A DNA stretch of 51,022 nucleotides, from the NCBI GenBank assembly GCA_937928585.1, contig CALEZK010000361.1, positions 1 to 51,022 of the forward strand, in the 5' to 3' direction. Each line of letters begins with the position of its first letter. Within the stretch, counting starts at the first letter, position 1. The DNA is from an uncultured bacterium. GTDB taxonomy: Bacteria; Hydrogenedentota; Hydrogenedentia; Hydrogenedentales; SLHB01. A program made the translations under genes and the position numbers. Below the pieces are notes generated by a model that did not search any database, was not told the origin of the DNA, and saw only the letters and a list, made by a program, of their open reading frames with translations. Below, piece after piece: positions 46,860 to 51,022 of this stretch.

Positions 46860-49133
46860 CTAGTAGCGGTCGCGTCCACCGCCGCCACGGCCGCCGCGAT
46901 CGCCGCCACGGCCACCGCCGCCGCCACCGCCACGACCTCCACGGTCGCCGCCACGACCGCCGCGATCACCGCGGTCGCCACGCTCTTCACGCGGCCGGCG
47001 CTGCGCATAGTCTTCGTCGCTGATCAGACCAAGCTCACGATCCGCTTCCACCTTCGACAGGTTGACGCGGCCCATCTTGTCGATCTCGATCACTTTCACG
47101 TTCACGTCGTCACCGACATCAACGACGTCAGTAACTTCGTTCACGCGGCCCACAGCCAGTTCGGAGATATGTACGAGGCCTTCCTTGCCGCCCATGACCG
47201 CGACGAATGCGCCGAACGGCATAATGCGCGTGACCTTGCCTGCGTACACCTGGCCGACTTCCGGCTCGGCAGTGATGCTCTGAATCCACTTGATAGCGGC
47301 TTGGGCGGATTCGTTGTCCACCGCGGCAACGTTGACCGTGCCGTCGTCCTGGATTTCGATTTCCGCGCCGGAGGTGCGCTGAATCTCCCGAATGACTTTG
47401 CCGCCCGGTCCGATGACTTCGCGGATTTTGTCGACGGGAATGTGAATGGTGATGATTCGCGGCGCGTACTGCGACATTTCTCTGCGCGATTCCGCCAGAC
47501 ACTCGCGCATCTTCTCGAGGATATGAAGACGGCCTTCGCGTGCCTGATGCAGCGCCTTGGACATTACCTCGCGCGGCACGCCCATCACCTTGCAGTCCAT
47601 CTGGAATGCGGTGATGCCGTTTGCCGTCCCGCACACCTTAAAGTCCATATCGCCGAGGTGATCTTCCGCGCCGAGGATGTCGCTGAGGACGGCAACGCGG
47701 TCGCCCTCTTTAATCATGCCCATCGCGATACCCGCGACCGGGGCCTTGATCGGCACGCCGGCGTCCATCAGAGCAAGCGTCGCGCCACAGGCCGACGCCA
47801 TCGAGCTGGAGCCGTTGCTTTCCGTCACGTCCGACACGACGCGAATCGTGTAGGGGAACGGCGATTCGTCACCGTCAATCGGGATGATGCTCTCGACCGC
47901 ACGCTCCGCCAACTTGCCGTGGCCAATCTCGCGACGGCCAGGGCCGCTGATGCGGCGCACTTCGCCGACAGACCAGCTCGGGAAATTGTAGTGCAGCATG
48001 AAGCGCTTGAACTCTTCGCCGGACAACTCGTCCGTGCGCTGTTCGTCGCGGCTGGTGCCGAGCGTTGCCGTCACAATCGCCTGCGTTTCGCCTCGGGTAA
48101 ACAGGCATGAGCCGTGCACGCGCGGAAGAATGCCGACTTCAATCGAGATCGGGCGGATGGTTTTCGTATCGCGACCATCGAGGCGAACGCCATCGGTCAA
48201 CACCTGTTCGCGCATCATTTTTTTCTCGAGCGAACTGAACACGCCGCCGATCATCGCTTCGCGTTGAAGATACACTTCTTCGCCATACTTCGCTTTTAGA
48301 TCGTCGAGCATCTCTTTTTTCAACGCAGCAAGACCTTCGGCGCGTTCCTGTTTCTGCTGCGGGGCAAGCAGGTTCTTGAGCTTGGTCGCCGCGACGCCTT
48401 CGACATCCGCGACGATGGTCTCGTCCTGCTTCGGGGGTTCGTAAGTCATCTTCTCGACGCCAACGCGCTTGCGGAAGGCTTCGATAGCATCGCAGATCTG
48501 TTTGATGTAGCCGTGTCCGAATTCCAGCGCTTCGAGCATCTTCTCTTCCGAGAGTTGCTTTGCGGCGCCTTCCACCATCGTGATGGCATCCTTGGTGCCC
48601 GCGATCACGAGGTCGAGCTCGCTGTCTATCATCGAAGACATTGCGGGATTGACGACAAGTTCACCGTCGATAAGGCCGACGCGCACCGCGCCGATCGGTC
48701 CGTCAAACGGCACCTTCGAAATGTGCAACGAAGCAGACGCGCCGATGATGCTGAGCACGTCCGGGTTGTTCTCGTTGTCGGTCGAGAAGACCGTCGAGAA
48801 GACCTGCACTTCGTTGTAGAAGCCTTTTGGAAACAAAGGGCGCAGCGGACGATCCGTCAGGCGGCACACGAGCACTTCGCGCTCGCTCGGACGCCCTTCA
48901 CGCCGGAAAAAGTTTCCGGGAATGCGGCCAGCCGCGAAGCTTTTCTCGCGGTAGTCCACCGTCAGCGGGAAGAAATCCTGCCCTTCTCTAAGTTCGGTCG
49001 CGACACAAATCGCCGAAAGCACCATGGTTTCCCCGCAGGTAACCATGACGGCGCCTTGCGCCTGCTTTGCGATTCTGCCGGTTTCCAGGATGATCTCCGT
49101 GGAACCGACAGGAATTGAGAGACGTTCTACCAT
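46860..49133 (-). CDS. pnp: polyribonucleotide nucleotidyltransferase (PNPase) with an RGG-rich C-terminal extension
   Basis: ORF 46860-49178, with the likely start at MVERLSIPVG (49133). It has two RNase PH domains, KH and S1 (GQVYAGKVTRIMPFGAFV). It ends ..RRPREERGDRGDRGGRGGDRGGRGGGGGGGRGGDRGGRGGGGRDRY. Confidence 0.95.
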   Translation of the reverse strand: MVERLSIPVGSTEIILETGRIAKQAQGAVMVTCGETMVLSAICVATELREGQDFFPLTVDYREKSFAAGRIPGNFFRREGRPSEREVLVCRLTDRPLRPLFPKGFYNEVQVFSTVFSTDNENNPDVLSIIGASASLHISKVPFDGPIGAVRVGLIDGELVVNPAMSSMIDSELDLVIAGTKDAITMVEGAAKQLSEEKMLEALEFGHGYIKQICDAIEAFRKRVGVEKMTYEPPKQDETIVADVEGVAATKLKNLLAPQQKQERAEGLAALKKEMLDDLKAKYGEEVYLQREAMIGGVFSSLEKKMMREQVLTDGVRLDGRDTKTIRPISIEVGILPRVHGSCLFTRGETQAIVTATLGTSRDEQRTDELSGEEFKRFMLHYNFPSWSVGEVRRISGPGRREIGHGKLAERAVESIIPIDGDESPFPYTIRVVSDVTESNGSSSMASACGATLALMDAGVPIKAPVAGIAMGMIKEGDRVAVLSDILGAEDHLGDMDFKVCGTANGITAFQMDCKVMGVPREVMSKALHQAREGRLHILEKMRECLAESRREMSQYAPRIITIHIPVDKIREVIGPGGKVIREIQRTSGAEIEIQDDGTVNVAAVDNESAQAAIKWIQSITAEPEVGQVYAGKVTRIMPFGAFVAVMGGKEGLVHISELAVGRVNEVTDVVDVGDDVNVKVIEIDKMGRVNLSKVEADRELGLISDEDYAQRRPREERGDRGDRGGRGGDRGGRGGGGGGGRGGDRGGRGGGGRDRY

Positions 49134-49351
49134 ACTGTTTTCTTTTCTCCGTTTTGGATGTGGTGGAACACCTCTCAAAGCGCTCCACGCCGTTCTTATT
49201 TATTTCTACTTTCGTTAAACGTGTTTTCAGACGCGCCACTGTTTCAGCGCACAACTCTTAACTCGTTCCCAGGCTCGTGCCTGGAAACGCGCTCTTGCAA
49301 AGCTCCGCTCGGCGCACGGGAAGCAAAGCTTCCACCCCGCCGACGCAGCGA

Positions 49352-49624
49352 CTACTTGCGCAATCCGAGGCTCTTCACCAATGCGCGATAGCGCTCGACG
49401 TTCTGCTCGCGCACGTAGTTCAAGAGGTTGCGGCGGCGACCCACCAGCTTCAGCAACCCGCGACGGCCCGCGAAATCCTTCGCATGCGTCTTAAAGTGCT
49501 CGGTAAGGTCGTTGATGCGGGCCGTGAGCAGCGCGATCTGCACTTCCGCCGATCCCGTGTCGCCCTCGTGCTTCGCATTCGTTTTGATGATTTCGGTCTT
49601 GCGGTCTTTCGTCAATGTCGACAT
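49352..49624 (-). CDS. rpsO: 30S ribosomal protein S15
   Basis: 90 aa. [50 protein letters not shown]. Confidence 0.96.
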   Translation of the reverse strand: MSTLTKDRKTEIIKTNAKHEGDTGSAEVQIALLTARINDLTEHFKTHAKDFAGRRGLLKLVGRRRNLLNYVREQNVERYRALVKSLGLRK

Positions 49625-49709
49625 GATTCACCTTGTCCTTTCGGTTCGCCCGGCCCCAGTGCGGCATCGGTGAGTTTGCTCGACCGAGCGCCGGGTAGGT
49701 ACTTCACAA

Positions 49710-49732
49710 TTCGCGAAAACCATTTTCGCGAA
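49710..49732 (-). terminator. perfect 10-bp hairpin after the Ntn-hydrolase gene, upstream of rpsO
   Basis: TTCGCGAAAA-CCA-TTTTCGCGAA (49710-49732) lies 21 nt past the stop at 49753. Alternatively it could be an operator in the rpsO promoter region. Confidence 0.45.
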
Positions 49733-49752
49733 GAAAACGCGGAAACAATTCG

Positions 49753-50601
49753 TCAAACTGCCACAGGCAGTAATTCGTCAATCTGGTATGTTGCCTTCCC
49801 CTTTTTCAGGAATTCGGCGACGTTTACCTTCAATCCCTGTCCGAAATCGTATCGGTTATACAAATACACGACCCCATTCGTAAGGTCGTAAACATTAGAG
49901 TATAGCGTGCCGCCGTATCGCTTGTCTTGCTCCGAATACGTTTTCGGCACCGCAACCGACTGCAGAATCCCCTTGAAACCTTCGACTGTGGCAGGGCCCG
50001 CTTTGACGGCATCCCGCATCTTCGTAAAGCGGGAACAGGGATAATTGCCCAGTTCCGGCTTTGTCACGGAGAAATTGGTCACCCCGATGGCTTTCTTGTC
50101 TGTTTCTTTGCGAATGACCTTCATTTCACCGTCGATCAGCTCGATAACCGCCGCATCGCCAGCCGCATCCGCTATCAGCAGATGCCCGCCATCCAGCAGT
50201 GTCAGCCGGTACTTGCCCAGCCACGTAATCGTCTCTTCAACTGTCGCGCATTCCGCCAGCATTCGGTCGCCCATATTCTTCGGCGGTACGGGCTTGTTCT
50301 TTTCTCGCGGTGGCGGACCCTTGGGCGTCACAGCCGCGTCAAAAAACAGACCTTTGTCGTTCATTCCGCCCTGGGCGAAGTCATAACGGCGATTCTGATC
50401 AAACCCAAAAGTGACGCGCCCGTGTTCGCCTTTTTTGCCCGGCGTCACCCACATCTTCGCGTTTACATCGAGATAAAAGTCTTCGTTGTTGCCCGCGAGC
50501 ACGATTCCATCACCCTCGGCCATGAAAATCGTGCAGGCATTCGACAACGGCACCAAGCCCATTCCTAGCAAAAGAAAAACAGATACGAATCGTAAGAGCA
50601 T
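49753..50601 (-). CDS. secreted Ntn-hydrolase superfamily protein (C45/C59 type: choloylglycine hydrolase / acyl-CoA:6-APA acyltransferase-like)
   Basis: The signal peptide ends ..LVPLSNA, directly followed by Cys ([20 protein letters not shown]). An N-terminal nucleophile Cys plus a downstream N-x-D block is the family hallmark. Confidence 0.65.
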   Translation of the reverse strand: MLLRFVSVFLLLGMGLVPLSNACTIFMAEGDGIVLAGNNEDFYLDVNAKMWVTPGKKGEHGRVTFGFDQNRRYDFAQGGMNDKGLFFDAAVTPKGPPPREKNKPVPPKNMGDRMLAECATVEETITWLGKYRLTLLDGGHLLIADAAGDAAVIELIDGEMKVIRKETDKKAIGVTNFSVTKPELGNYPCSRFTKMRDAVKAGPATVEGFKGILQSVAVPKTYSEQDKRYGGTLYSNVYDLTNGVVYLYNRYDFGQGLKVNVAEFLKKGKATYQIDELLPVAV

Positions 50602-51022
50602 TTACTTGTCGGTCAACGCCGCGAGGCCCGGCAACACTTTGCCCTCGAGCATTTCGAGAGAAGCGCCACCGCCTGTCGAGACGTGCGACATCTTGTCCGC
50701 AAGGCCGTATTGAACGACCGCGGCCGCAGTGTCGCCGCCGCCGATCACGCTGATGATGTTCGGGGAAGATGCCAGCAGGTCCGCAATGGTGCGCGTGCCC
50801 ACGCCAAACTTCTCGAACTCGAACACGCCGAGCGGACCATTCCACACGACAGTTTTGGATCGCTTGATGGCTTCACTGAACAGCGCAACAGTCTTAGGCC
50901 CGATGTCGAGGCCTTCCCATCCCGCTTCGATCTCGCCCAAGCCGACAACTTTCGAATTTGCGTCTGCCGCGAACTTATCCGCTACGACAGTGTCAATCGG
51001 GAGCAGGAGTTCAACGCCCTTT
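50602..51022 (-). CDS. pgk: phosphoglycerate kinase (C-terminal about 140 codons; N-terminus runs off the right edge)
   Basis: The frame stays open to the window edge: ..[67 protein letters not shown]. The track lists only the part from an internal Met (50602-50940). Confidence 0.93.
   Translation of the reverse strand, partial: KGVELLLPIDTVVADKFAADANSKVVGLGEIEAGWEGLDIGPKTVALFSEAIKRSKTVVWNGPLGVFEFEKFGVGTRTIADLLASSPNIISVIGGGDTAAAVVQYGLADKMSHVSTGGGASLEMLEGKVLPGLAALTDK

Noticed and set aside
46860-46990. GCC/GCG-rich periodic DNA, considered as a possible CRISPR array or tandem repeat.
   Set aside because: It lies inside the pnp reading frame and simply encodes the RGG tail. It has no repeat-spacer architecture.
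49753-50601. Lipoprotein call for the Ntn hydrolase, prompted by the Cys after the signal peptide.
   Set aside because: The residues before the Cys are S-N-A, not an L-(A/S)-(G/A)-C lipobox. The Cys is better explained as the Ntn catalytic nucleophile exposed by signal peptidase I cleavage.

Overview
About 51 kb of a gene-dense, high-G+C bacterial chromosome, judged by eye. Tat-signal DUF1501 and xylose-isomerase-like TIM-barrel proteins and many secreted repeat proteins suggest a PVC/Planctomycetota-like or related candidate-phylum organism, but that placement is low confidence. Most genes are housekeeping. They include an FprA-type reductase, a small envelope-glycosylation group (methyltransferase plus a split GT2), a fused 5-oxoprolinase, DUF721(DciA-like)-gyrB-GNAT-gyrA, fumC, and nikR. 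Further along are an orphan PilB/GspE-type ATPase, dnaN, the gcvT-gcvH-gcvPA-gcvPB glycine cleavage operon, a cold-shock protein, a Hanks kinase, the rpsO-pnp-M16 peptidase-dut cluster and the 3' part of pgk. I saw no rRNA, tRNA or CRISPR array. Five things deserve a second look. (1) A ZTP (pfl-motif) riboswitch-like aptamer sits in the gcv operon leader, where a glycine riboswitch would normally be expected. (2) A 109-bp relic copy of the fumC 3' end lies between the first two of three tandem, lower-G+C paralogous small membrane-protein genes, and it differs from the live fumC tail almost only at synonymous sites. (3) Perfect DnaA boxes and AT-rich tracts flank an isolated dnaN, which may mark oriC. 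(4) PNPase carries an RGG-rich C-terminal tail. (5) Two genes are decayed or split: an IS200/RAYT-like Y1 transposase with an in-frame stop, and a GT2 cut by an ATGA junction. All calls come from reading the sequence and the ORF track; no searches were run.
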